A stretch of DNA of 41,944 nt. Source: Patescibacteria group bacterium. Its GTDB lineage: Bacteria > Patescibacteriota > Patescibacteriia > GCA-002772895. Where the stretch lies: contig JAHINX010000061.1 of the NCBI GenBank assembly GCA_018895765.1, positions 1-41,944 on the forward strand, written 5' to 3'. A program made the translations under genes and the position numbers. How positions within the stretch are numbered: position 1 is the stretch's first letter; every line of letters begins with the position of its first letter. Positions 17,647 through 26,151 of the stretch are shown one piece after another. A model generated the notes under the pieces. It was not told the origin of the DNA, made no database searches, and worked only from the letters and a program-made list of their open reading frames with translations.

Positions 17647-18195
17647 ATGAAAAAATTCAAAAAAATTATATTATTGGTTTTAATTTTTATCGCCGGTTTT
17701 GGAATCGGCAATGCGGTGAAATATTATTTGGATATGTGGCGCGCCGATATGAGCGTGCAAACATTTTTAAACGCCATTGAAGCGCCGTATAAAAATGATA
17801 ACTATGGCGGAGCAACGCCGGAAGAAACATTTGATATGTATCTCACGGCTTTGAAGAAAGGCGATCTGGAATTGGCAAGTAAGTATTTTGTGATTGGGAA
17901 ACAAGAAAACAGATTAGCTATTTTATCCGATAAAAAGGATAATAATGAGTTGGATGATTATATAGCAAAATTGGAAAATGCAAAAAATACTTGGAAAATA
18001 AAAAAAGATGAATTTTATAATTGGGAAAGCAGGGCGGCGTATGAATATGAGACAGTGGTAGAAAAATTAAAATATATAGAAGTAGAGAATCCAGTTTCAA
18101 AACAATTAGAAAAAGTTGCAGTAAAACCAGGAAAATATAATGAGATAATACATTTTGAAAAAAATAATAACATTTGGAAACTCTATTTATTATGA
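17647..18195 (+). CDS. membrane-anchored hypothetical protein
   Basis: MKKFKKIILLVLIFIAGFGIG anchor. Its stop TGA overlaps the possible ATG of the nuclease ORF (ATGA at 18192-18195). Confidence 0.55.
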   Translation: MKKFKKIILLVLIFIAGFGIGNAVKYYLDMWRADMSVQTFLNAIEAPYKNDNYGGATPEETFDMYLTALKKGDLELASKYFVIGKQENRLAILSDKKDNNELDDYIAKLENAKNTWKIKKDEFYNWESRAAYEYETVVEKLKYIEVENPVSKQLEKVAVKPGKYNEIIHFEKNNNIWKLYLL

Positions 18196-21100
18196 TAAAA
18201 AAATCCTCTTTCTATAAAAAAGGAGGATTTTGGAATTTCAGATTTCAAATTTCAGATTTTAGATTTAATCTGATTAAATTATTTATACCGGTTATTTTGA
18301 TTGCCGGTTTTTTTGTCCCCTATTTTTCTTTTGCTTGGGACAGCCATTTTACCCATCGCGCCTTAACTTATGAAGCGGGAGAATTTTTTAATTATTTTAA
18401 TGATAGCCAACTAAGTGAAGAAGAAATTAATTGGCTGATGCAAGGAGCGCAAGAAGAAGATACTCCTCCGCGCTGGATAAACCATTTTTACAATCCAATA
18501 ACAGGCGAGGGTTGGACAGGCGATAAGCTGGGAGAAAACTCCCCAGGGCTTGTAAAATTTTTAAGCGGATTTTTTCTTTCTTCAAGAACTGCGCTTTCTG
18601 CAAAAAACTGGGCAAAAAACCGTTCCGCCCAAGCTGACTATTCATTATATAAAGGCGACCAAACCTGGCAAAAAGCGATTGATGCCTATTTGGAAGGGGA
18701 TAGAGAATCCGCTTTTGTTGCTTTGGGCCATATTCTTCATCTATTGGAAGATATGACGGTGCCGGACCATACGCGCGGAGACACTCATGCCGGCATTGTT
18801 GGCGACAAAGGAAGCCCCTTGGAAAATTGGGCAAAAGAATATAACAAAGACAAAATTGGCAAATTACAAACAGCAGAGGAATTATATAAGTCAGGCCAGA
18901 AGCCAAAAGATTTTTCAATTTTGGAAAATTATTTTGATTGGAATGCAAAATACAGTAGTGAAAATTTTTTTAGTGAGGATACAATAAATGAAAACTTAAT
19001 AGCTGTTCCAGAGTTAATTATTGGAGAAAATCAGCAAATTTACGGTTATATTAATAATTATCCCGTTTATACGGTAAAAGATAATAAAGAAACTATCAAT
19101 GATCCCCAAATCCTCACCGCTTATTGGCAGCGCCTCTCAAAGCAGGCAGTCATCTCCAGCGCCGGAGTAATAAATCTTTTTTTCAAAGAGGCCGAACGCC
19201 AATCAAAACTTCCGCAAAAAATGACAAAAAAGAGCAATACTACAACAAACACAATTTGGTCGCCATTTGGGGAGCTTACAAAATTATACAATACAGCAGT
19301 TCAGTTCGCGCAAGGTTTTTTCCCGCAAAGCACAAAAGCCGATGAATCGGTAAATGATGAGATTGTCACGTCGCAAGCTAATAGTGGTGACGAACGACTA
19401 TCAGAGCAAGCTTCTCCCCCTTCGGAGAAGGGGGATTTAGGGGGATTTAATAATAACCAATCAACAATAATCAATCAGCAATCAATAATTCCTGACCCGA
19501 CTCCCGCAAGCGAATCAATAACAGAGCCGGAAACAAATTTCTACGTCAGCCAGGTAATAGACGGCGATACGATTACGTTGAATAGCGGAGAAGATGTCCG
19601 TCTAATTGGTATGGATACGCCAGAACGCGGAGAAGAGTGTTTTGAAGAAGCAAAGCAGAAAATGGAATCAATGGTATTGGGCAAGAATATCCGTTTAGAA
19701 AAAGATACAAGTGAAACCGACAAATATAATCGGTTGTTACGTTATATTTATATAGACGGCGTGTTGGTAAATGCCGAGATGCTAAAAGAGGGATATGCGC
19801 ATCTTATGATGATACGGCCGGATACGAAATATTACAGCGCTTTCAAGTCATACGAAGAAGAAGCGAAATTTTTTGAACGCGGATGTTTATTTCAAAAGGA
19901 AGGCGTCGGTGGAGCCGATCCAATAGATGAAACGCCGGTATACACGGGCTGGTCATCAGCCGGCGGGAGTTCTAAGCCGGCGCCTCAAGCGCCAAAGGAA
20001 GAAACGCCGACTTCAACTCCGGAAACCGCCACCAGCACGTTGGAAGTAATTTTGGAAGATATAACTTCAACCTCAACTCCGCAAACTTCAACCTCAACTC
20101 CGCAAACTTCAACCTCAACTCCGGAAACTTCAACCTCAACTCCGGAAACCGCCACCAGCACGTTGGAAATCCCCGAAATTTTGCCAAATATTATTATAAA
20201 TGAAATACAGATTAGCGGAGGTCCGGGTGACACCGATAATGAATTTATAGAATTATATAATAATTCATCTGGCGCAGTTGATATTACTGATTGGAAATTA
20301 TTTAAAAAAACAGAAACGGTGCTGAGTTATAACCCTGATAAACAGCCTCCTGCGGAATATAATCTTGTTTCAAAATTCCCCACGGGCTCAACAATTCCAG
20401 CGAATTCGTATTTTCTTATTGTCCCCAAAAATGCCATTGGTAAACATGCGGATACGAATTATACCAACGGAAGCAATTTTGCCACGAGCGACGATACTCT
20501 TATTATAAGAGATGCGGACGGAAATATTATTGATAAAGTCGGTTTTGGCCTTGCGAATGACTATGAAGTACAACAAACGTATAATCCGCTGGACGGCCAA
20601 AGCATAAGCCGCACAAATTTTATCGACACGAATAATAATTTTAATGATTTTACGGTTTCCAGTTCAACGCCACAAGGGACAAGTAGCACTATGGCAATTG
20701 CGCCAGAACCAGAGCCGGAACCGGTTATTCCACCTGTCGTACCGGAACCGTCGGCGCCAACAATAGCTTGCACTACCTTTACTTACGGTACTCATAACAA
20801 AGAGGAAGGAGAAGCAGACAAAATCGCCGCCGAACCATTTCCGGATTTTTCAAATACATTAACTGTTACATTGGAAGCAGGGAAGACCTACTACACCGAC
20901 GATACAATATCCATTCCTAATAATAGAAAGTTAATAATAGAAGAAGGTGTGGTGTTAAAATTTGGAAGATGGCGCTGGGGAGGATGGATGAACTTTCCAA
21001 TCAGTTTGCGCATTTTAGGAGACCTGGAAGTAAATGGCACTGCTTCAAACCCGGTTATTTTTACAACTTTCCGCGATGACGCGCACGGCGTGGCGATTGA

Positions 21101-21704
21101 TATTTCCGGTTCCGAGCCCGCGCCTGGCGATTGGGGCTCTATACAGATAGAAAGTCCTAATGGTAAAGATATAAAAATTCAGCACGCCAAAATTTATTAT
21201 GCCGGCGGAGCGGCGAGTGCCGCCAATTCTTCCGGTGGCGCAATATTTGTGAATTTTTCGGACGCGGACATAGAGATTTCCGATATAGAAGTTAGCCACA
21301 GCCAGTCAGGCATCTATTCGCGCCTATTCCCGGGCACCCAGCCGAATATTTTAAATAGTAATTTTGAATATAATGCGCTCTGGGGCATATCTGCCCAAGA
21401 AGATAGCGCTATCCGTATAATCGGAAATACATTCCAGTGCAACGGCTTAACCGGCAATTCCGGTACAACCGGTGGAGTGAATGTTGTGGGTAATCCGGAA
21501 AATATTGTGATAGAAAATAATGATTTCATCAATAATAAAATCGGGTTGAATTTTTATAACGATAATCCGGACATAGAATTAAATGCGCAAAATAATTATT
21601 GGGGTGCAGAGTCCGGTCCGTGGCACGAAACAAAAAACCCCGCCGGAGCAGGGGATATAATACAGGGAAATGTAGATTTTAATCCGTGGACAGAAATAAA
21701 ATAG
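18192..21704 (+). CDS. secreted multi-domain nuclease: Zn-dependent PLC/P1-nuclease-like domain, SNase (thermonuclease) domain, TS-rich linker, lamin-tail domain, parallel beta-helix repeats
   Basis: Signal peptide ending FSFA, then mature WDSHFTHRAL and HILHLLEDMTVPDH (PLC/P1 fold). DGDTITL...RLIGMDTPE...YNRLLRY (SNase). IINEIQISG...NEFIELYN (LTD). PbH1-like repeats at the C-terminus. The exact start is uncertain (see findings). Confidence 0.75.
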   Translation: MIKKSSFYKKGGFWNFRFQISDFRFNLIKLFIPVILIAGFFVPYFSFAWDSHFTHRALTYEAGEFFNYFNDSQLSEEEINWLMQGAQEEDTPPRWINHFYNPITGEGWTGDKLGENSPGLVKFLSGFFLSSRTALSAKNWAKNRSAQADYSLYKGDQTWQKAIDAYLEGDRESAFVALGHILHLLEDMTVPDHTRGDTHAGIVGDKGSPLENWAKEYNKDKIGKLQTAEELYKSGQKPKDFSILENYFDWNAKYSSENFFSEDTINENLIAVPELIIGENQQIYGYINNYPVYTVKDNKETINDPQILTAYWQRLSKQAVISSAGVINLFFKEAERQSKLPQKMTKKSNTTTNTIWSPFGELTKLYNTAVQFAQGFFPQSTKADESVNDEIVTSQANSGDERLSEQASPPSEKGDLGGFNNNQSTIINQQSIIPDPTPASESITEPETNFYVSQVIDGDTITLNSGEDVRLIGMDTPERGEECFEEAKQKMESMVLGKNIRLEKDTSETDKYNRLLRYIYIDGVLVNAEMLKEGYAHLMMIRPDTKYYSAFKSYEEEAKFFERGCLFQKEGVGGADPIDETPVYTGWSSAGGSSKPAPQAPKEETPTSTPETATSTLEVILEDITSTSTPQTSTSTPQTSTSTPETSTSTPETATSTLEIPEILPNIIINEIQISGGPGDTDNEFIELYNNSSGAVDITDWKLFKKTETVLSYNPDKQPPAEYNLVSKFPTGSTIPANSYFLIVPKNAIGKHADTNYTNGSNFATSDDTLIIRDADGNIIDKVGFGLANDYEVQQTYNPLDGQSISRTNFIDTNNNFNDFTVSSSTPQGTSSTMAIAPEPEPEPVIPPVVPEPSAPTIACTTFTYGTHNKEEGEADKIAAEPFPDFSNTLTVTLEAGKTYYTDDTISIPNNRKLIIEEGVVLKFGRWRWGGWMNFPISLRILGDLEVNGTASNPVIFTTFRDDAHGVAIDISGSEPAPGDWGSIQIESPNGKDIKIQHAKIYYAGGAASAANSSGGAIFVNFSDADIEISDIEVSHSQSGIYSRLFPGTQPNILNSNFEYNALWGISAQEDSAIRIIGNTFQCNGLTGNSGTTGGVNVVGNPENIVIENNDFINNKIGLNFYNDNPDIELNAQNNYWGAESGPWHETKNPAGAGDIIQGNVDFNPWTEIK
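19410..19455 (+). repeat. family A G-rich hairpin element inside the nuclease ORF, followed by caatcaa heptamers
   Basis: cttctcccccttcggagaagggggatttagggggatttaataat is translated as SPPSEKGDLGGFNNN. The following caatcaa caataat caatcag caatcaa is translated as QSTIINQQSII. Confidence 0.7.
20064..20147 (+). repeat. 4 x 21-bp coding tandem repeat (TSTSTPQ/E)
   Basis: acttcaacctcaactccgcaa x2 and ...ccggaa x2, flanked by a 33-bp direct repeat tcaactccggaaaccgccaccagcacgttggaa (20013-20045 and 20137-20169). Confidence 0.9.
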
Positions 21705-21705
21705 C

Positions 21706-21742
21706 ATATATTCAGAGCCCAGCCCTGAATATATTGTTTTTT
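21706..21742 (+). terminator. rho-independent terminator of the nuclease gene
   Basis: atatattcag-agcccagcc-ctgaatatat (10-bp stem) followed by tgtttttt. Confidence 0.8.
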
Positions 21743-21867
21743 CACGTGTTTTTATTTTTTCTGGGGAGCAAAACGGAGCTAGGATGAACATACCAATGTA
21801 TGTTCATCGCTCTAAACAAAAAAAGACCACCCGATTGATTGGGTGGTTTTGTTTTGGGTGGTTTTGC

Positions 21868-22221
21868 CTATGGCATAAGATTTTTTGCTCGGGTTCTTAT
21901 TTTGCAGTTCGGGCAAGAGTCCGGCATCTCTGCGCTGTAAAGAATCATTTTGTATCCGCAATTAGCGCATTGAATTTCAGTTTCTAGTGGATCACTAAAG
22001 TTCCATATTGTCCGAGGCGGTCTCCCTGGCGCAGTAGTATTTTCCGCAATACTTCTTTCTGTATTTTTTGATTCAATTACAATCGGCGTTTTGTCTTTTG
22101 GCCACTTCCAGCTAATCGCTTCCATATGTTTTTTTAAAAAATCATTGTTTTCGCCCAAAAGATGAAGAGGGCAATTGGTGTTTCTAAATATCTCTACATC
22201 TTTGTCAGTGTACTTGCTCAT
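21868..22221 (-). CDS. zinc-ribbon protein, paralog 1 (hypothetical)
   Basis: 117 aa. SD AGGAGG. Promoter TTGACA(22297-22292)-17-TAAGAT(22274-22269). C-terminal CANC...CPNC. Terminator accaccc/gggtggt at 21815-21855. Confidence 0.7.
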   Translation of the reverse strand: MSKYTDKDVEIFRNTNCPLHLLGENNDFLKKHMEAISWKWPKDKTPIVIESKNTERSIAENTTAPGRPPRTIWNFSDPLETEIQCANCGYKMILYSAEMPDSCPNCKIRTRAKNLMP

Positions 22222-22338
22222 TTTCGTCCTCCTGCTTATCTTTCTAGCGAAAGATTTGTGTTTTGCTCATCTTAACATAATTTTTGGAGATTGTCAAGAA
22301 TAAAAAAACGCTATCTGGACGATAGCGATAGTTTGGTA

Positions 22339-22692
22339 TTAAGTTGTGATTGGTTTGTTTTTATCTGTTGGCAAATTGCAACAAGGGCAGGCATAAGGCG
22401 GGTTTCCTCTGGAATCTAACGAGGAAAAGATTTTGCAATTATTGCACATTATAATACCCATGGCTTTATTGGTGATGACCCAAGACGTAGAGAAAGAGTA
22501 TCTTTGCGGGACAGTATCCTCCTCTTCCGGTCGAGTATTTTCTTTTTCCGATTCAATGATAATGTTCGGCGGTTGCCAGTTAAGTTTTTTCATCCATTGT
22601 ACATACTCTTCATCATTTGAGCCGAGCAAATGCGCTGGACAGGCCTCGGGGTCGGCCTTAAAATCCTCGATGTCCTCTTTTGTGTATTCCAT
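22339..22692 (-). CDS. zinc-ribbon protein, paralog 2 (hypothetical)
   Basis: 117 aa counted from ATG 22692 (SD AAGGAGG 8 nt upstream). Shares YT.[KE]D[VI]E.F...CP.HLLG.N...IIES...C.NC...CP.C with paralog 1. Terminator cgctatc/gatagcg followed by T7. Confidence 0.7.
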   Translation of the reverse strand: MEYTKEDIEDFKADPEACPAHLLGSNDEEYVQWMKKLNWQPPNIIIESEKENTRPEEEDTVPQRYSFSTSWVITNKAMGIIMCNNCKIFSSLDSRGNPPYACPCCNLPTDKNKPITT

Positions 22693-22733
22693 TATCAAGA
22701 CCTCCTTTACTTAAAAAATAACATAAAAGCGAT

Positions 22734-22755
22734 ATTTTGTCAATGTTGACAAAAT
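22734..22755. promoter_or_regulatory. perfect 10-2-10 palindrome forming back-to-back -35 boxes of divergent promoters
   Basis: attttgtcaa-tg-ttgacaaaat. On the + strand: TTGACA(22746-22751)-17-TAGATT(22769-22774). On the - strand: TTGACA(22743-22738)-17-TATTTT(22720-22715). Confidence 0.65.
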
Positions 22756-22801
22756 ATAAAATTTGTGATAGATTGGGATATTGGCAGAAAAGGAGAGAAA
22801 G

Positions 22802-23023
22802 ATGCCAAAGCTCATTCCAAGAGAATATGTTCTAAGGGTTTGCCGGCCTGGTATGGAGAATGCTTGTTCGTATCTTATGTGCAGTTCCAAGGGTTTTGAA
22901 TGCGCAAAGGGTACGGAATTTGAAAAAAGAATAAATGCAAAAAGAAATGCGAATGTGATGAATGCTTTGTCGTCCAACTGTCCTGGTATTGATAGTTTAG
23001 ATAAAAAAGAAACTCTAAACTAA
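22802..23023 (+). CDS. small 4-Cys protein (hypothetical)
   Basis: 73 aa counted from ATG 22802 (SD AAAGGAGAG). Homologous to the C-terminal 50 aa of the downstream Nudix protein, with the pattern VC..C.[YF]L..SS.G..C.K.T...NC. Confidence 0.6.
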   Translation: MPKLIPREYVLRVCRPGMENACSYLMCSSKGFECAKGTEFEKRINAKRNANVMNALSSNCPGIDSLDKKETLN

Positions 23024-23034
23024 GGAGAGAAGAG

Positions 23035-23715
23035 ATGGCAAAAGACCCGACCGTGACACATAATAAATCCGGCGAACAGGTTCATCATTCTGTCGGAGCT
23101 ATTATCAAAAATCGCGAAGGAAAATACCTTCTTATTGATAGAAAAAATCCGCCCCATGGCTTTGCTTGCATTGCCGGCCACATAGACGAAAGCGAAACGC
23201 ATATTGAAGCGATTGAGAGAGAAGTCTATGAAGAATCCGGTTTCAAGTCAAAACATCAGAGATTAGTGGAAGAAAAAGAAATCGCCAACAATGTCTGCAA
23301 GAGTGGTATAAAAATACATTTTTGGTATTTGTTTGAATGCGAATGTAATGGCACACCTTGGCTGAACGAAGATGAGGCGCACTCTATTGCCTGGTATTCG
23401 CAAGAAGAAGTCCAGATTCTAGCAGACGAGGGCAAACTGGAGCCGGTTTGGAATTTTTGGCTAAAGCGTCACAATGTTATCATTGACAGGGACAAGGTAA
23501 GGGAAATAACAGAAGATCGCGAAGAAGCAAGTTTTAGAACAGGTCTTCCGGCTGACAAACGAAAAGGCGTCTGCCAGGAAGATAATCCGGAAAAGCGCTG
23601 TGATTTTTTAATTCTTTCATCCGAAGGATGGGTATGTGAAAAATCCACAGATCTTGGCGAGGCAATAAAAGAATATTTTAAAGATAAGGGCAAAGAGCTC
23701 CAAGATAATTGCTAA
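23035..23715 (+). CDS. Nudix hydrolase fused to a C-terminal 4-Cys module
   Basis: Nudix box GHIDESETHIEAIEREVYEESGF. C-terminal GVCQEDNPEKRCDFLILSSEGWVCEKST...DNC. Its SD overlaps the stop codon of the upstream gene. Confidence 0.8.
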   Translation: MAKDPTVTHNKSGEQVHHSVGAIIKNREGKYLLIDRKNPPHGFACIAGHIDESETHIEAIEREVYEESGFKSKHQRLVEEKEIANNVCKSGIKIHFWYLFECECNGTPWLNEDEAHSIAWYSQEEVQILADEGKLEPVWNFWLKRHNVIIDRDKVREITEDREEASFRTGLPADKRKGVCQEDNPEKRCDFLILSSEGWVCEKSTDLGEAIKEYFKDKGKELQDNC

Positions 23716-23721
23716 TAATAG

Positions 23722-23748
23722 TCCGCGATAAAAATCGCGGATTTTTTT
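23722..23748 (+). terminator. rho-independent terminator
   Basis: tccgcgat-aaaa-atcgcgga followed by T7. Confidence 0.8.
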
Positions 23749-23758
23749 ATTGTCTGGG

Positions 23759-23787
23759 TTGACATTTTTCAATCGGGTGAATATAAT
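23759..23787 (+). promoter_or_regulatory. full-consensus promoter TTGACA-17-TATAAT
   Basis: TTGACA at 23759-23764, a 17-nt spacer, TATAAT at 23782-23787. It lies 224 nt upstream of the uvrB ATG. Confidence 0.65.
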
Positions 23788-23793
23788 ATTAGA

Positions 23794-23846
23794 ACAACAA
23801 AAAAGACAATACCCCTAAGCGAACATGTTTGCCGGGGGATTTTTTA
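23794..23846 (+). ncRNA. candidate about 50-nt small RNA or uvrB leader/attenuator
   Basis: The consensus promoter is followed by the hairpin cccc-taa-gcgaa-catg-tttgc-c-gggg and then gattttttag. Confidence 0.3.
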
Positions 23847-23929
23847 GTAGCTGGCTTCAAATTTTGGATTCGCCGGCTGGCGGAGAGCAAAATTTGATTA
23901 GCAGCTGCTAACCCCGCCCTAATTTTGTA
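23841..23929 (+). repeat. family E long-hairpin element ending in TAACCCCGC
   Basis: tagctggcttcaaattttg...caaaatttgattagcagctgctaaccccgccc. An inverted homolog lies at 26152-26227. Confidence 0.7.
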
Positions 23930-24010
23930 TTATAGGAAGTATTGATAATAAATTATAATTAAAATATTTCAACTGGTCCTGCGCAGAGGGCGGGGTGGAT
24001 AACATTTATT

Positions 24011-25999
24011 ATGAAATTTAAACTAAAATCAAAATATAAGCCGGCAGGCGACCAGCCAAAGGCGATTGAGGCTTTATTGGAGGGTTTAAAAAAGGGGATG
24101 CGCGCGCAAACACTTTTGGGAATTACCGGCTCCGGAAAAACTTTTACCATGGCTAATGTTATCGCAAAGATAAATCAGCCTACTCTTGTAATTGCGCACA
24201 ATAAAACTCTTGCCGCCCAGCTTTGTCAGGAGTTTCGCGAATTTTTTCCGGAAAATGCAGTGCATTATTTTGTCTCTTATTACGATTATTATCAGCCCGA
24301 AGCGTATATTCCGACAAGCGACACTTATATAGATAAGGAAGCAATGATAAATGATGAGATAGATCGTTTGCGCCATGCGGCCACTCAGTCGCTTCTCTCG
24401 CGCAGAGATGTAATAATAGTAGCTTCGGTTTCCTGTATCTATGGTCTTGGCGCGCCGGAAACATATGAAAAAATAAATCTGCATTTAAAAATCGGGGACG
24501 AATTTCTCCGTGATGATCTCATTCGGCGCCTTATTGATATGCAGTTTGAACGCACTAATTCCGATCTGACCCGCGGACATTTTCGTCTTCGCGGAGATGT
24601 TTTGGAAATAATGCCGATCAGTGAAGAAATCATCTATCGTATAGAGTTTAGCGCCTTAGGAAAAAACAATAGCGTGAATAATATTGTCCTTATTGACCCT
24701 GTCACGCGGAAAATAAAATCAAAAGAACAGAGCGCTTGGATTTTTCCGGCAAAGCATTTTATAACAAAAGAAAGCGAAAGAAAAAAATCCCTGAAAGAGA
24801 TAAATATAGAGCTTGAAAAACAATTAAAAATTTTTGAACGTGAAGGAAAGTTATTGGAAGCCGAACGTCTGGCGCGCCGGACAAAAAACGATATAGAAAT
24901 GATACGCGAGCTGGGGTATTGTCATGGGATAGAAAATTATTCTCGCCACTTATCCGGTAGAAAGGCGGGCGAATCGCCGGACACTCTTTTGAGTTATTTT
25001 CCAAAAACTTTTTTAACAATTATCGATGAGTCGCATGTCACTATTCCGCAAATTGGCGGGATGTATGAGGGTGACGCTTCCAGGAAACGGACGCTTATTG
25101 AATATGGCTTCCGTTTGCCGTCTGCCGCCGACAACCGTCCACTTAAGTTTCCGGAATTTTTGGCGCGGACAGGACAGATGATTTTTACTTCTGCCACCCC
25201 GAGTACTTATGAAAAAGAAAATAGTGAGCAGATAGTAGAGCAGATTATTCGCCCTACCGGACTCATAGACCCGAAGATTACAATTTGTCCTATAACTGAA
25301 ACAGAAAAAAATCTTTCGCAAGTTGATGACCTCTTGAAGCGCGTAAAAGAAAAAGTTGAAAAAGGGGAGCGCATATTGGTAACGACCCTTACAAAAAAAA
25401 TGGCTGAAGATTTATTTCAGTATTTGCATGAAGAGAAAATAAAAGCCAATTATATTCATAGTGATGTAAAAGCCCTGGATCGTATTAAAATTTTGACTGA
25501 TTTTCGCAGAGGAAAGTTTGATTGTTTAGTTGGAGTAAATCTTCTCCGCGAAGGGCTGGATTTGCCGGAAGTGACAATGGTGGCAATTTTGGATGCGGAT
25601 AAAGAAGGATTTTTGCGGAGCGAAACCGCGCTTATCCAAACAATTGGTCGGGCGGCAAGAAATGTTTTGGGCGAAGTTATTCTTTATGCCGACAATATGA
25701 CCGGTTCTATGCGCCGTGCGTTTGACGAAACAGAACGGCGCCGTTTTTTGCAACTGGCATATAATAAACGCCACAACATCACCCCGCAGACGATTATAAA
25801 GAATATCAAAAATATTTTGCCGGAAATAATGGAAACAGAAAAGCAAGAAGATGCGCCAATAAAGGGTAGAAATATAAAACAAATTATTTCTGAAAAAGAG
25901 CGCCAGATGAAAGATTCGGCGAGCCGGTTGGATTTTGAAACCGCGGCCATTCTGCGTGATGAGGTAAGGATTCTGAAAAAGAAATCCCGGAATCATTAA
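24011..25999 (+). CDS. uvrB: excinuclease ABC subunit B
   Basis: 662 aa. GITGSGKTFTMA, the YYDYYQPEAY beta-hairpin region, helicase motifs and a C-terminal UVR domain. Confidence 0.95.
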   Translation: MKFKLKSKYKPAGDQPKAIEALLEGLKKGMRAQTLLGITGSGKTFTMANVIAKINQPTLVIAHNKTLAAQLCQEFREFFPENAVHYFVSYYDYYQPEAYIPTSDTYIDKEAMINDEIDRLRHAATQSLLSRRDVIIVASVSCIYGLGAPETYEKINLHLKIGDEFLRDDLIRRLIDMQFERTNSDLTRGHFRLRGDVLEIMPISEEIIYRIEFSALGKNNSVNNIVLIDPVTRKIKSKEQSAWIFPAKHFITKESERKKSLKEINIELEKQLKIFEREGKLLEAERLARRTKNDIEMIRELGYCHGIENYSRHLSGRKAGESPDTLLSYFPKTFLTIIDESHVTIPQIGGMYEGDASRKRTLIEYGFRLPSAADNRPLKFPEFLARTGQMIFTSATPSTYEKENSEQIVEQIIRPTGLIDPKITICPITETEKNLSQVDDLLKRVKEKVEKGERILVTTLTKKMAEDLFQYLHEEKIKANYIHSDVKALDRIKILTDFRRGKFDCLVGVNLLREGLDLPEVTMVAILDADKEGFLRSETALIQTIGRAARNVLGEVILYADNMTGSMRRAFDETERRRFLQLAYNKRHNITPQTIIKNIKNILPEIMETEKQEDAPIKGRNIKQIISEKERQMKDSASRLDFETAAILRDEVRILKKKSRNH

Positions 26000-26151
26000 C
26001 ATTGGCGGAAATAATAGCTTTGGACTTCAAAATTTGAAGTCAGCCTACCCCGCGCCAAAGCCCGAACAGAATCTACTTTATCCTTTTGGATATCGGCTCG
26101 GAATCGCCTAACGGCTTACACCAACTAAAAATAATATCTTTCAAACGGCTT

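Noticed and set aside
20064-20147. 21-bp tandem repeat as a non-coding satellite or contingency locus
   Set aside because: The unit is a multiple of 3 and lies in frame inside the nuclease ORF, where it encodes a TSTSTP(Q/E) linker. It is reported as a coding repeat only. Length polymorphism remains possible.
25526-26002. Long antisense ORFs inside uvrB, uvrA (29486-29998), the nuclease gene (18427-18948) and other backbone genes
   Set aside because: They are shadow ORFs opposite strongly conserved proteins. None has a promoter, SD or terminator of the kind seen for the real minus-strand cassettes.
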